A DNA stretch of 64,000 bases, taken from a virus. Every line of letters starts with the position of its first letter. Position 1 is the stretch's first letter. Where the stretch lies: positions 1 through 64,000 of the IMG/VR virus record IMGVR_UViG_3300003323_000540. One strand, written 5' to 3'. Shown piece by piece: positions 8,514 through 17,172 of this stretch. Made by a program: the position numbers and the translations under genes. The notes below the pieces were generated by a model, which saw only the letters and a list, made by a program, of their open reading frames with translations, was not told the origin of the DNA and ran no database searches.

Positions 8514-8688
8514 ATCCAGGGATAAAAATTATTGTATTCTTTGGGGTTAACGTTTTTATTTTATACTCTAATGTTTGTCGATGCAATTCCTCATTTGGAG
8601 ATAAGATTGAATCTCTATCTACAAGTATTTTTCTTAGAACATCAAATTCACTCTCTGTTAATAACAATTCATGATTTATTTTTTCCAT
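8479..8688 (-). CDS. hypothetical protein
   Basis: Minus-strand ORF lying 3 nt after the exonuclease stop. Confidence 0.45.
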   Translation of the reverse strand: MEKINHELLLTESEFDVLRKILVDRDSILSPNEELHRQTLEYKIKTLTPKNTIIFIPGYGDTTSRFRQN

Positions 8689-8691
8689 GCC

Positions 8692-9405
8692 TTACCATTC
8701 AAATTTTACTCTATGTGAGGACACTTGTCCATCTTTCACTTCAATACTTCCTGCCGAACTTCTCAATTTCAATATACAATAGCGAACAAACTCCGTTAAA
8801 GGGACAACATCATTCATTGCTCTATGACCATCAGACATTTGAATGCCAGCTCTCAAACAACATGCTTCCAAATTGAACTTAGTTGTATTGTCCGTTACAT
8901 CGCCCCAAATCATTTTAGCAAATGCTATTGTATCTAATATTTCCGGCTGAAAATTTCCAAAATGATCTTTATCACCTTTGACGTATTTGCTCATATCAAC
9001 GTTAGCGCGCTTGAATATGTCTTGTAAGAATTGTTTATCAAATGCACCATTATGAGCTACTAAAATAGGTCGAGCTACTTTGCTATCATAAATATTTGCT
9101 TCATTACAAAGTGAGCATATATCTTCTACTAATTGTTTTAAAGGAATGCCGTCCTTTAAACACATTTCTCTGTTTATTCCTGTAAGATCTGCCGCCTCTT
9201 TTTCATAGACATGACTGCTATCATATGGCTTTACTAAATTATCATATCTTATTATTTCTTGTAGAGTGATTGCATTTATCGCAATAGCTCCAAATTCTGT
9301 AACTGCACACTTTTGACTATGCAACCCATTTACCTTATCTAATCCAGAGGTTTCAAGGTCAAAACAAATAATATTATTTATTTTTTGTGGCGCTAGCTTA
9401 CTCAT
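8692..9405 (-). CDS. DEDDh 3'-5' exonuclease (DnaQ/epsilon-like)
   Basis: Exo I is ICFDLETSGLD, Exo II is VAHNGAFDKQFL and Exo III is HRAMNDVVP. Confidence 0.8.
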   Translation of the reverse strand: MSKLAPQKINNIICFDLETSGLDKVNGLHSQKCAVTEFGAIAINAITLQEIIRYDNLVKPYDSSHVYEKEAADLTGINREMCLKDGIPLKQLVEDICSLCNEANIYDSKVARPILVAHNGAFDKQFLQDIFKRANVDMSKYVKGDKDHFGNFQPEILDTIAFAKMIWGDVTDNTTKFNLEACCLRAGIQMSDGHRAMNDVVPLTEFVRYCILKLRSSAGSIEVKDGQVSSHRVKFEW

Positions 9406-9547
9406 TTTGCTTTAGTATTTGAAAGCATAAGAAATTGATTTGTGTAGTTCCTGAATAAGAAAACTTATCCCATTTGATGTACCATACAAATGGCTTTATA
9501 GCAATAACGAACTTGCTAAATATAAATTCTATCTGAAAATCTTTCAT
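9398..9547 (-). CDS. small hypothetical protein (49 aa)
   Basis: Sub-60-aa ORF MKDFQIEFIFSKFVIAIKPFVWYIKWDKF... fills the 148-nt gap. Its stop overlaps the exonuclease start by 8 nt. Confidence 0.3.
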   Translation of the reverse strand: MKDFQIEFIFSKFVIAIKPFVWYIKWDKFSYSGTTQINFLCFQILKQNE

Positions 9548-9553
9548 TATTTT

Positions 9554-10135
9554 TTACCAAGTTGTTCCTGCGATCTCCCACACTTTAGGATGAAAATATT
9601 TATTCCAAGGCTTTCCAGATGCGTAGTATTCTGGACAAACATCAATGTGAATAAACGTCATATGAAGGCCTTGATATTGTTTATATCCTATCCTTATTCC
9701 AATTTTTAATTTCTTCGCAGAGTTTTGTAAGATAGGAACCCATTTATTGGTTTGATCATTCGATATTGTATCTATGTCAATTGCACAAGCAGCATGAACT
9801 TTGCCATTAATGTATTGAAATACATGAGGAGAATATTTTGCTGTTGCAAATCCATCTCTTCCCAATTTCTTTTCTTTCTCTTCGCTTCTATTAAAAGCAT
9901 TCACATTTAGTGGCTCTCCAACATCTTCCCTAAATTGATCAACTACCATCATCAACTTACTATTTACTATAAGTTGATCATAGTCCTTTAAATCCTGCTG
10001 AAATTTTGGTTCAGTATAGCTGAAATGCTTTCCTATTTGAGCTGATCCAATTGTTAAATTATATTGTTTCTGCCATTCCTCTAAAGAAATTACTTCACCA
10101 TCGAAATTTATTACTTTAATTTTGGTTGTTTCCAT
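9554..10135 (-). CDS. putative zinc D,D-peptidase (M15-like) cell-wall hydrolase
   Basis: SPH..., HAACAIDID and a C-terminal FIHIDV resemble the H/D/H metal triad of M15 peptidases. Spacing is not a perfect match. Confidence 0.4.
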   Translation of the reverse strand: METTKIKVINFDGEVISLEEWQKQYNLTIGSAQIGKHFSYTEPKFQQDLKDYDQLIVNSKLMMVVDQFREDVGEPLNVNAFNRSEEKEKKLGRDGFATAKYSPHVFQYINGKVHAACAIDIDTISNDQTNKWVPILQNSAKKLKIGIRIGYKQYQGLHMTFIHIDVCPEYYASGKPWNKYFHPKVWEIAGTTW

Positions 10136-10391
10136 GTCTTGATTCTAGTACGTCCTTCCATCTTTTAGCTTGTTCATATTGTTCTGTAGCTTCAAAGTCT
10201 CTTATCCAACGTTTAATAATTTCATCACTTGGAAAGAAGTAAACAGACCATTGAATATATTTAGGAATGAACCACTTTTTAATTACTTTTTGATCTCGAA
10301 TGATAAATCCATTGTATTCCAATGTCGTTTGCATCCACTTCAATACAGCAGGGTCTGTATTATGAATCATTCTTATTTCTTGAGGTTTCAT
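10116..10391 (-). CDS. hypothetical protein
   Basis: Minus-strand ORF with a 4-nt overlap upstream. No motif recognised. Confidence 0.5.
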   Translation of the reverse strand: MKPQEIRMIHNTDPAVLKWMQTTLEYNGFIIRDQKVIKKWFIPKYIQWSVYFFPSDEIIKRWIRDFEATEQYEQAKRWKDVLESRHGNNQN

Positions 10392-10984
10392 ATCGGCAGT
10401 TTCACTTTATAAAATTCAAACTTAGCTACTATCTTATTATAGATCTTTATATCAACTGTTTTAATATATTCAAGATTCTCTTTAAAGTCTAGCATTGTTG
10501 CAACTTCACTAGGTATTCCCCTTTCCCATTTATCATGACAACTATGATAGTTGCCAAAACAATGCAATCTTATATTTTCCTCATCGCATATAAGATCTTC
10601 TCTATTCTTTTGACTAAGTAAATGGGAGTGACTTAATGGCAACGGCTTTCCGCATCCTTCGCATATCTGCTCTCTACTTTGGTCAATTACTTTATATACC
10701 TTATGAAGTTTTTTGTTTATTTCAGCCTTCTTGTTACTTATCTTCTTAATTGAAAAAGCTTTCTTAAGTGATTCTACCAGTTTTGGCTTGTCAATAACAT
10801 CTGGTTGTTTAACAATAATCTTTTTACCTTCTTGCTTCTTTTCATGACGCTCTCTATAAACTTCTTCTTTAGTCTTTCCACCATGATTCTTTTTAAAAAC
10901 ACATTCAGGACATAACCAATGAGTTTTATTCTGAATTAATGTAAGTAGTCCGCAACCCGAGCAAATATCTCTTACTTGCTCCAT
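10388..10984 (-). CDS. zinc-finger protein, NinG/HNH-like architecture
   Basis: N-terminal CSGC...CPEC, a lysine-rich linker, then CEGCGKPLPLSHSH...LHCFGNYHSCH. This is the same layout as lambda NinG-type proteins. Confidence 0.4.
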   Translation of the reverse strand: MEQVRDICSGCGLLTLIQNKTHWLCPECVFKKNHGGKTKEEVYRERHEKKQEGKKIIVKQPDVIDKPKLVESLKKAFSIKKISNKKAEINKKLHKVYKVIDQSREQICEGCGKPLPLSHSHLLSQKNREDLICDEENIRLHCFGNYHSCHDKWERGIPSEVATMLDFKENLEYIKTVDIKIYNKIVAKFEFYKVKLPI

Positions 10985-11088
10985 TCAATTATTAAAAAGA
11001 GTGAATATAATAATCTTATTATCTAATGTGAGAAGAGTAAAGCGATAAGCGCTAACCCAAAGTCCATTACACCAATAACCTTTATAAC

Positions 11089-11772
11089 TCATTTTGATAT
11101 AAAAATTCCAGCTATTACTCCAGCTACAAATTTTGCCACTCCAGTTTCATACCACTTTTTAGGCTCTTCCTTAACAACAACGCCAGTAATTTCTTTTGTT
11201 TTTATATTTTGATCATCAAAGCGAACATCAACTACCAATGTTCCAGGTTTAAAGAATGTCTTATCTTTTCTGTATGCTGTTAGAGAGAAACTAGGATTAT
11301 ATTGATATGCTAAAGAGACGGTTTTATCCACATGATAGATTCCATCTACTTCTATGAACTTTGTTTGCCATGTAAAGGCACCTCCTATTTGTTTTAATCC
11401 ATGTTTATCTATATATACAGTATCATGTGCCGTCACTGTGATAGTGTCTCTAGCAATTGCCTTTACTCTCCAGTAACCAACTAAATTATTTAAACTGCCT
11501 ACCTGCTTTTTTAATTCTGAATTGGTTATGCCTAGATCTACATATCCTTTCTTTAATTCAGATATTGTAGCTTCATGTGTTTTTACTTGAGCAACTAATT
11601 TTCCTGACTTATCTATATATGTTTTTGCAACGGTATACGTACTGTCATTTCGCTCTTTCAATACAGCTATATCTTGCATTTTTGATTGACATGATTTAGA
11701 AACAATGGAGACAACAATAACCAATATCACTATTAATATCTCTCTCCAAAATTTCTTTAATGCAAGTATCAT
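11089..11772 (-). CDS. envelope protein with N-terminal signal/lipobox-like Cys and extreme C-terminal TM (u-spanin-like topology)
   Basis: N-terminus is ILIVILVIVVSIVSKSC|QSK. The central part has a coiled segment (ISELKKGYVDLGITNSELKKQVGSLNNL). The C-terminus is VAKFVAGVIAGIFISK. Confidence 0.5.
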   Translation of the reverse strand: MILALKKFWREILIVILVIVVSIVSKSCQSKMQDIAVLKERNDSTYTVAKTYIDKSGKLVAQVKTHEATISELKKGYVDLGITNSELKKQVGSLNNLVGYWRVKAIARDTITVTAHDTVYIDKHGLKQIGGAFTWQTKFIEVDGIYHVDKTVSLAYQYNPSFSLTAYRKDKTFFKPGTLVVDVRFDDQNIKTKEITGVVVKEEPKKWYETGVAKFVAGVIAGIFISK

Positions 11773-11820
11773 TATTTAAAAATACTAATCTTTATAAATT
11801 CAAAATTAACAAATCTATGT

Positions 11821-12801
11821 TTAAGAATTATTATCTCGTGGCAATTTTTTTTCTTTCATTTTCTTCTTGAAAGAATCTATCAAGTTCTTATTTATCTTAT
11901 CCGCTAAGTCTTGAGCAATTTGCTTTTTCTGTTCTATTTTTTCACTTAGAACAATAGGGCCTATTTCAGGTTCTAGTTCTGGAATAGGTCTTTCAATTTT
12001 CTCCATTTTACTCACAACATCTTTTGGCATCTCTTCAAATTCAATATCATGCGTTTCTGTTTGTAAGAATTTATTTCTTTCCAAAGTATTTTGATTAATC
12101 TCAATCTTTGTTTGTTTAATCACAACGCGCTGTATTCCTTCAATAGGGACTGTTCTAGCATCTTTTAATAAAGAAAGGAATTCTATTTTCTCTTCCATTG
12201 TAAGCCAATAGATTGACTTTTGCCTACTTACTTCATTTGGATTTTGAATTACAATAGGCTTGTTTTCATTGAACTCAATAGTCATGGACTTATCGTGAAG
12301 TCCTATCAAGTCTTCTTTGGATTTTAGCGCTTTTAATGCAGCGGCATATTTTAATGCAGCTACTTGCCTATCCTCACTTCCTATTCTTAAATCCAACGGC
12401 CTTCCCCAATAATCAGTCATATCAATAGATTTATTGAATATTGATTCATATCTATCCATATGCAGTCTAAAGGTGTACTCCAGATCTTTATGCAAAGAAT
12501 TTTCTGCCAATAAATATGCATCCTTAAGATGCATATCAAATGTATCCTTTTTATATTGTTGTTCAGTCTCTACAACCAATATTGCATAAATTTCATAAGA
12601 GGAAACGCCTTCCAGAACAAGATCATGAATTCTTTTAATTAAAGCTTGATACGTTTCTGAATCCCTTTGCTTTTGATATTCTGCTAAATGCCCTTCTCTT
12701 CTATATAAATCCTCATTAATAGAAGAAAAAGATATCTTATCGGTATCTTCCACGCTCTTCCCTTTTGGGATCACTAATGATTTTTTAAGTTTCTTACCCA
12801 T
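11821..12801 (-). CDS. hypothetical protein sharing a TerS-like helical motif with 14572..15108
   Basis: HMDRYESIF...ALKALKSKEDLIGLH aligns with HIMRYERIY...NALKAKERLLGFH in the 178-aa ORF. Abuts the terL stop with a 1-nt overlap. Confidence 0.5.
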   Translation of the reverse strand: MGKKLKKSLVIPKGKSVEDTDKISFSSINEDLYRREGHLAEYQKQRDSETYQALIKRIHDLVLEGVSSYEIYAILVVETEQQYKKDTFDMHLKDAYLLAENSLHKDLEYTFRLHMDRYESIFNKSIDMTDYWGRPLDLRIGSEDRQVAALKYAAALKALKSKEDLIGLHDKSMTIEFNENKPIVIQNPNEVSRQKSIYWLTMEEKIEFLSLLKDARTVPIEGIQRVVIKQTKIEINQNTLERNKFLQTETHDIEFEEMPKDVVSKMEKIERPIPELEPEIGPIVLSEKIEQKKQIAQDLADKINKNLIDSFKKKMKEKKLPRDNNS

Positions 12802-14276
12802 TATGCAAAATCAGCAAAGAATGAATGTAGAGGCATTAAATAATTTAATGCATAAACAGTTGTGTCTACCGCTTCATCATGCGGAGCTTTCGGAAATGAT
12901 GTGAGTTGCGTTAAATATGGATCATTCCATTCCCCTTCTATTATCTTAACTCTCTTAGCTTCTGCTATGGGAGATACGCCGGTAGCACGAGTTACTTTAT
13001 CATCTTTAATATAATCTCCTTCTATTTCTATTACACTTAATTGCGTGCTTGCTTTTAATTGTTGAACGACTGATTTTCCACTAGCCTTTGGTTCAATGTA
13101 AATGGCAGACCCGGATGTATATCCATTTAATGCAACGTACTGTTTAATAAATTCTATAAGCTTTGGAAATTCCATCCAAACTTCTACAAAATTTACAACA
13201 TAAATCAGATTGTCTTTTTTAAATACAGACAATATACCGGAGGGGTCATTTCTCTCCGTTTCATCCTCTGTGTAAGCCGTGTCTATGAAGAAATAAATAG
13301 GACTTGCAATTGGATCTCTCGCTACATTTTCTGGCTTTACAATTTCAAACCAAGCGCGTTTAAATAAGTTTCCTTCTACAGGAACTGGACGTTGTTGAAA
13401 TTGACCTGCAAAATATAATGAACCTTTCTTTTTTTCTCCTCCTAAAACTTTTTTAGAAAATCTGCTAGGCCAAAAGTACCCTTCTTGAGCATCATAATAC
13501 TTCTTTAATTCCGGTGGAGAAACCATTTGAGAATCATATTCAGCTGGAATGCAAATATGTCTGTGGTCTTCTAACCTTCCTTCTTTTGGATCTAATAGGT
13601 ATCCAGTTAAATCTTGCATATGCAAGCGCTGCATTACAATGATTCTACCACCTATTTCTAATTGATTTAAACGATTTGAAAGAGTGTTATTATATCTTTC
13701 AATGGCGCTTGCTCTTTCTACCTCTGAATTGGCTTTACGTGGATTTTGGGGGTCATCCAATATCAAAAAATCTCCTCCCGTACCAGTAACTGTGCCATCT
13801 AATCCAAATGCATACATGAATCCAGTTCTTGTATTTCCAAAATGGCTTGCTCCAGACAAATCATCTCTTAAACAAATTTCTTCTCCATATAATCTTTGAA
13901 ACCAAGTAGTCAGAATAAGATCTTTGGACTGCCTGGAAAGCATCGTAGCAATGGTATCAGAATAAGAACATCTTAAAAACTTTAAGATAGGATTTCTAGT
14001 CCATGACCAGACCGGCCATATAACTGTTACGATCATTGACTTTGATGATCGTGGCGGGACATTTATAATTAAATCTTTATCTCGTGGCTTTCTTGCGATA
14101 ACTCTTTCCGTTTCTTCTTGTAAAAGATCGCATAGGTATTTAGCATGCCAATTTTCATCATATTCTAATCCTGGATGTAATTGACAAAAAGCCGCTTTAT
14201 AAAATTCGTAAAAGCTATTTTTGTATATATCTCTCTCCAACTCTATTTCTAAACATCGGAGTGTATTGTGATTCAT
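12801..14276 (-). CDS. terL: terminase large subunit
   Basis: Walker A-like PPRSSKS, Walker B FLILDDPQNP, and nuclease-domain acidic motifs FFIDTAYT and HDEAVDTTVYAL. 491 aa. Confidence 0.85.
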   Translation of the reverse strand: MNHNTLRCLEIELERDIYKNSFYEFYKAAFCQLHPGLEYDENWHAKYLCDLLQEETERVIARKPRDKDLIINVPPRSSKSMIVTVIWPVWSWTRNPILKFLRCSYSDTIATMLSRQSKDLILTTWFQRLYGEEICLRDDLSGASHFGNTRTGFMYAFGLDGTVTGTGGDFLILDDPQNPRKANSEVERASAIERYNNTLSNRLNQLEIGGRIIVMQRLHMQDLTGYLLDPKEGRLEDHRHICIPAEYDSQMVSPPELKKYYDAQEGYFWPSRFSKKVLGGEKKKGSLYFAGQFQQRPVPVEGNLFKRAWFEIVKPENVARDPIASPIYFFIDTAYTEDETERNDPSGILSVFKKDNLIYVVNFVEVWMEFPKLIEFIKQYVALNGYTSGSAIYIEPKASGKSVVQQLKASTQLSVIEIEGDYIKDDKVTRATGVSPIAEAKRVKIIEGEWNDPYLTQLTSFPKAPHDEAVDTTVYALNYLMPLHSFFADFA

Positions 14277-14455
14277 TTTATCTCTAAAACTTCTTTCAAT
14301 TTCTTTTTATAATCCGTTATCTTATCCTCCAAGATTTTAAAATCCCTTGGCTGATTTTTAGAATAAAATAGAATAGAATGTGTTTCGCTATTTTTATAAT
14401 CCTTAAGCACTTGCTCCAGAATGTTCAGTATCTTGTTCTTCTGCTGTTCTTCCAT
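14273..14455 (-). CDS. hypothetical protein
   Basis: 60-aa K/E-rich ORF with a 4-nt overlap with terL. Its first 53 nt overlap 14403..14615. Confidence 0.45.
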   Translation of the reverse strand: MEEQQKNKILNILEQVLKDYKNSETHSILFYSKNQPRDFKILEDKITDYKKKLKEVLEIK

Positions 14456-14615
14456 TACTTAAAATAAATTCTAATTCCATCTTTTTCCTCTTAGCCTTCA
14501 ACGCATCAAAAGCTAACTCAAACTCTCCTAATTCCATCAACATCTCGTGAACTCTATCGTATAAATGCGTCTCACTTTTCATCGATTTCTTTTTTATGAT
14601 TATATACCTTATCAA
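14403..14615 (-). CDS. hypothetical protein
   Basis: A likelier start is MKSETH at 14582. The unusual 53-nt overlap with the next ORF is covered in the findings. Confidence 0.4.
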   Translation of the reverse strand: MIRYIIIKKKSMKSETHLYDRVHEMLMELGEFELAFDALKAKRKKMELEFILSNGRTAEEQDTEHSGASA

Positions 14616-15108
14616 GGTAATATTCCAATTTCAATTTTTTTTCAGGACTTAATTTATTAAAATCATATTCATCCTTTACATTCATTTGTTGGATTTGTTG
14701 AATTTCGCCTTTCGTTACTTTCATGTGAAAGCCTTGTCTATGAAATCCTAGTAATCTTTCTTTAGCTTTCAAAGCATTCATCGCTAAAGCAAATAACTCT
14801 AAACTATTTGCAGAGGCATATATTCTTTCATACCTCATAATATGCAAATCAATTAAATTTTCAATTTCGTAGTCTTTTCTTTTTTTTACTTCCTCAATCG
14901 CTTGATCAATATACTTGTAAACATTCCTTAATAAATAATCATATTTAGCGGCAATGTATTTGGCTATATTAATCTTCGGTTCGCCATCTAACAACATCTT
15001 TACAATGTCATTTTGACGTTGCATAGATTTTATTTTAGTAAGACGGTCGCGTTGTCCTTCAAATAGCTCTTTCTCTAATACTTTTGGTTTTTGCTTTTTA
15101 CCACCCAT
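14572..15108 (-). CDS. candidate terminase small subunit
   Basis: 178 aa, two small ORFs upstream of terL. Has a basic N-terminus, an HTH-like segment (INIAKYIAAKYDYLLRNVYKYI) and a helical C-terminal half. Confidence 0.45.
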   Translation of the reverse strand: MGGKKQKPKVLEKELFEGQRDRLTKIKSMQRQNDIVKMLLDGEPKINIAKYIAAKYDYLLRNVYKYIDQAIEEVKKRKDYEIENLIDLHIMRYERIYASANSLELFALAMNALKAKERLLGFHRQGFHMKVTKGEIQQIQQMNVKDEYDFNKLSPEKKLKLEYYLDKVYNHKKEIDEK

Positions 15109-15115
15109 TTAATTA

Positions 15116-16444
15116 TTAACATACATTAAATGTATATTCTGCAATCATACCTCTTTCCTTGTGATAGATCATTCCTACCGCTCCCTTACTTGCTCTATAA
15201 CCTTTTGAGGCATGCCAACTATCAGTTCCAGATAAAGAAGGAAGTACTTTAACTTTAAATCCTTGATGTTCATCGCTATCAATCCATTTAGTTTCTTTCT
15301 TTTTATGAAAGTGTCCTAAATGTATTTGTCTAAATTTAGTTTGAGACCAAAGATCTGGCTTTTCAGTTGCCATTATCAACCCTAAGTCTTGATGCTTCTC
15401 TTCATTGCCGTGCGTAAATCCAATCAAGTTAGCTCCAAAGATATAGTATTTTCTTTGAGTGGGAGAATTATCTATTGATATATCTTTTGCATTTCTATAC
15501 CAGGATTTCAAAGATTCTCCAAGGTAAAATACAGTTTGTGTATCATGATTGCCGGAAATCATTAACACTTTTACTTGAGCAATATTCCTTAATCTATCAA
15601 TGTTATAAATCAACATTTCTTGAGCTTTCAAGAACATTTTTTGCCATCTACTATCAACATGCTGTGGAGTTCCATTTGTGGTTTCATTTCTGAAATTATC
15701 CACATTAAAAAGATCGTTTCCGATTGGCAATACTATCTCTTCAATCTCGTCTTTTAAATGCTCTACATTGTTTATTAATTCGCTTATAGCATCATTATAT
15801 CTTTCTATGGCAATCTTTGTATCATAGTCCTCTCCCGATTCAGGCCCCCAAGAAAGTTTACCAATATGTAGATCTGGAAGAGATAATTCAAAAGCGTATT
15901 TCTTTACTTTATTGGATCTCTTTACTACGGTGTATTTTGGAGAATATTGATTTATAGTAGAAATGAAATAATCCCATGCTTTAGTTTCTTCTTCTGTTCT
16001 TATCTTAGTTAACCAAGCTTTTACTTGCCAATTTTGATAAGTTTGACCTTCTGCATTTGTTACATCCCATTTATTTATAACATTTTTCTCTACTTGCCAA
16101 ACAGTTAAATCTACCTTCGCCTCTGCAAGAAGAGAATCAAGCGTTTTTACATGCTTATTTCCTTTTGCATCCAATATACCTTCATTTCCATTTTTAGTGA
16201 AAGTAGACCCTTCTTTAAAATCTTCTTCACTTTCTTGAAATTTAGAATCAGTACCGGCACTATTTTTTTCTGATTTGAACTGATTATATAGGTCTATGAA
16301 TTCTTTGTATCTAGGATCTTTAGCTTTTTCTTGCCTTACATATCTTAAATACCTCTCGCTAACTCCAAATTGCTTGCAAGCTTTTATTAATGATTTACCA
16401 TTTTTTATAGCCCACTTTAATATTTCTATTGCTTTATCAACCAT
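15116..16444 (-). CDS. HTH-domain / calcineurin-like metallophosphoesterase fusion protein
   Basis: N-terminal LIKACKQFGVSERYLRYVRQ is HTH-like. The C-terminal half has LPDLHIG, IGNDLF, SGNHD, FTHGNE and LGHFH, i.e. metallophosphoesterase motifs I-V in order. Confidence 0.65.
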   Translation of the reverse strand: MVDKAIEILKWAIKNGKSLIKACKQFGVSERYLRYVRQEKAKDPRYKEFIDLYNQFKSEKNSAGTDSKFQESEEDFKEGSTFTKNGNEGILDAKGNKHVKTLDSLLAEAKVDLTVWQVEKNVINKWDVTNAEGQTYQNWQVKAWLTKIRTEEETKAWDYFISTINQYSPKYTVVKRSNKVKKYAFELSLPDLHIGKLSWGPESGEDYDTKIAIERYNDAISELINNVEHLKDEIEEIVLPIGNDLFNVDNFRNETTNGTPQHVDSRWQKMFLKAQEMLIYNIDRLRNIAQVKVLMISGNHDTQTVFYLGESLKSWYRNAKDISIDNSPTQRKYYIFGANLIGFTHGNEEKHQDLGLIMATEKPDLWSQTKFRQIHLGHFHKKKETKWIDSDEHQGFKVKVLPSLSGTDSWHASKGYRASKGAVGMIYHKERGMIAEYTFNVC

Positions 16445-16488
16445 TTAAGAACGGATTTGTATGAATTACATTTAAATGTAAAAATACT

Positions 16489-17172
16489 TTAAATTATGTT
16501 TTCATTTGGTATAGCCTTGCAATCTTTATATTTAAAGATGTACCTACTACTTTTCTTTTTATTCAAACAACAAAGATTAATGTGCGTTCTACTAATTCCA
16601 GTTTCCATTGATGCCTGTTTAATGGATGCAAAATCTTTTATATGCACTCCATTTAAAGTTAATTGTTCTATTTTCCTTTGTCTAGCTTTAGATGTTTTGT
16701 CAATAGATTCTTTGGTTCTTTTATGCCCCTTTAAAGCATTACTTATTCTAAGTTTAGTTTCATTTGAATGGGAAATGCCTTTAGGTCTATTTCGAGCCTT
16801 TCCTTTTCCAAATGTTCCATTAATATTTCCAATTAAAGCTTTGCTTATTTTATCTTTATGCTCGATAGATAATAATTCATTGGTGCCGCCTTGCCTAATA
16901 TTGTATCCTTTAGTTCGATCCAGACTTTTATATTCAATTATAAACTGTTTTTCTTTTTTATTTAATTCTTCTAAATTATTACAGCGATAAATAATATCAA
17001 ATATAAAATTATTTTCTCCGTATTTATTGAAGCAATTTTGTAGATGTGGATTAGGATGTTTATTATTTCTTAAATGGAATAAATGCAATGCCTTTCTATT
17101 ATTTAACTTAGTGACTGTTTGCCCAATATATACTTTACCATTGATTACAGAAGTTATTCTATAAATAATCAT
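16489..17172 (-). CDS. GIY-YIG homing endonuclease (I-TevI/Seg-like)
   Basis: IIYRITSVINGKVYIGQTVTKLNNRKALH is the GIY-YIG module. NUMOD-type repeats are SIEHKDKISKAL and SHSNETKLRISNALKGHKRT. C-terminal HTH is IKQASMETGISRTHINLC. Confidence 0.8.
   Translation of the reverse strand: MIIYRITSVINGKVYIGQTVTKLNNRKALHLFHLRNNKHPNPHLQNCFNKYGENNFIFDIIYRCNNLEELNKKEKQFIIEYKSLDRTKGYNIRQGGTNELLSIEHKDKISKALIGNINGTFGKGKARNRPKGISHSNETKLRISNALKGHKRTKESIDKTSKARQRKIEQLTLNGVHIKDFASIKQASMETGISRTHINLCCLNKKKSSRYIFKYKDCKAIPNENII

Noticed and set aside
11774-11790. Identical 17-mer at 11774..11790 and 31772..31788 as a sign of a mobile element or recombination scar
   Set aside because: The flanks are unrelated, and the match sits at the same 1-nt offset from two start codons. 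I interpret it as a shared promoter or initiation element (see findings), not a repeat-bounded mobile unit.
16467-16480. Perfect 14-bp palindrome TACATTTAAATGTA as a terminator (similarly TATCTGATtATCAGATA at 2489..2505)
   Set aside because: Both are AT-only or short stems with no usable loop and no following T-run on the transcribed strand. They are more likely chance palindromes or protein-binding sites, so I did not call them as features.
16496-16990. 164-aa plus-strand ORF, the longest plus-strand ORF in the track apart from 57147..57617
   Set aside because: It lies entirely antisense to the well-supported GIY-YIG endonuclease gene 16489..17172. Its low-complexity L/F/S-rich product is typical of the antisense frame of an AT-rich gene.
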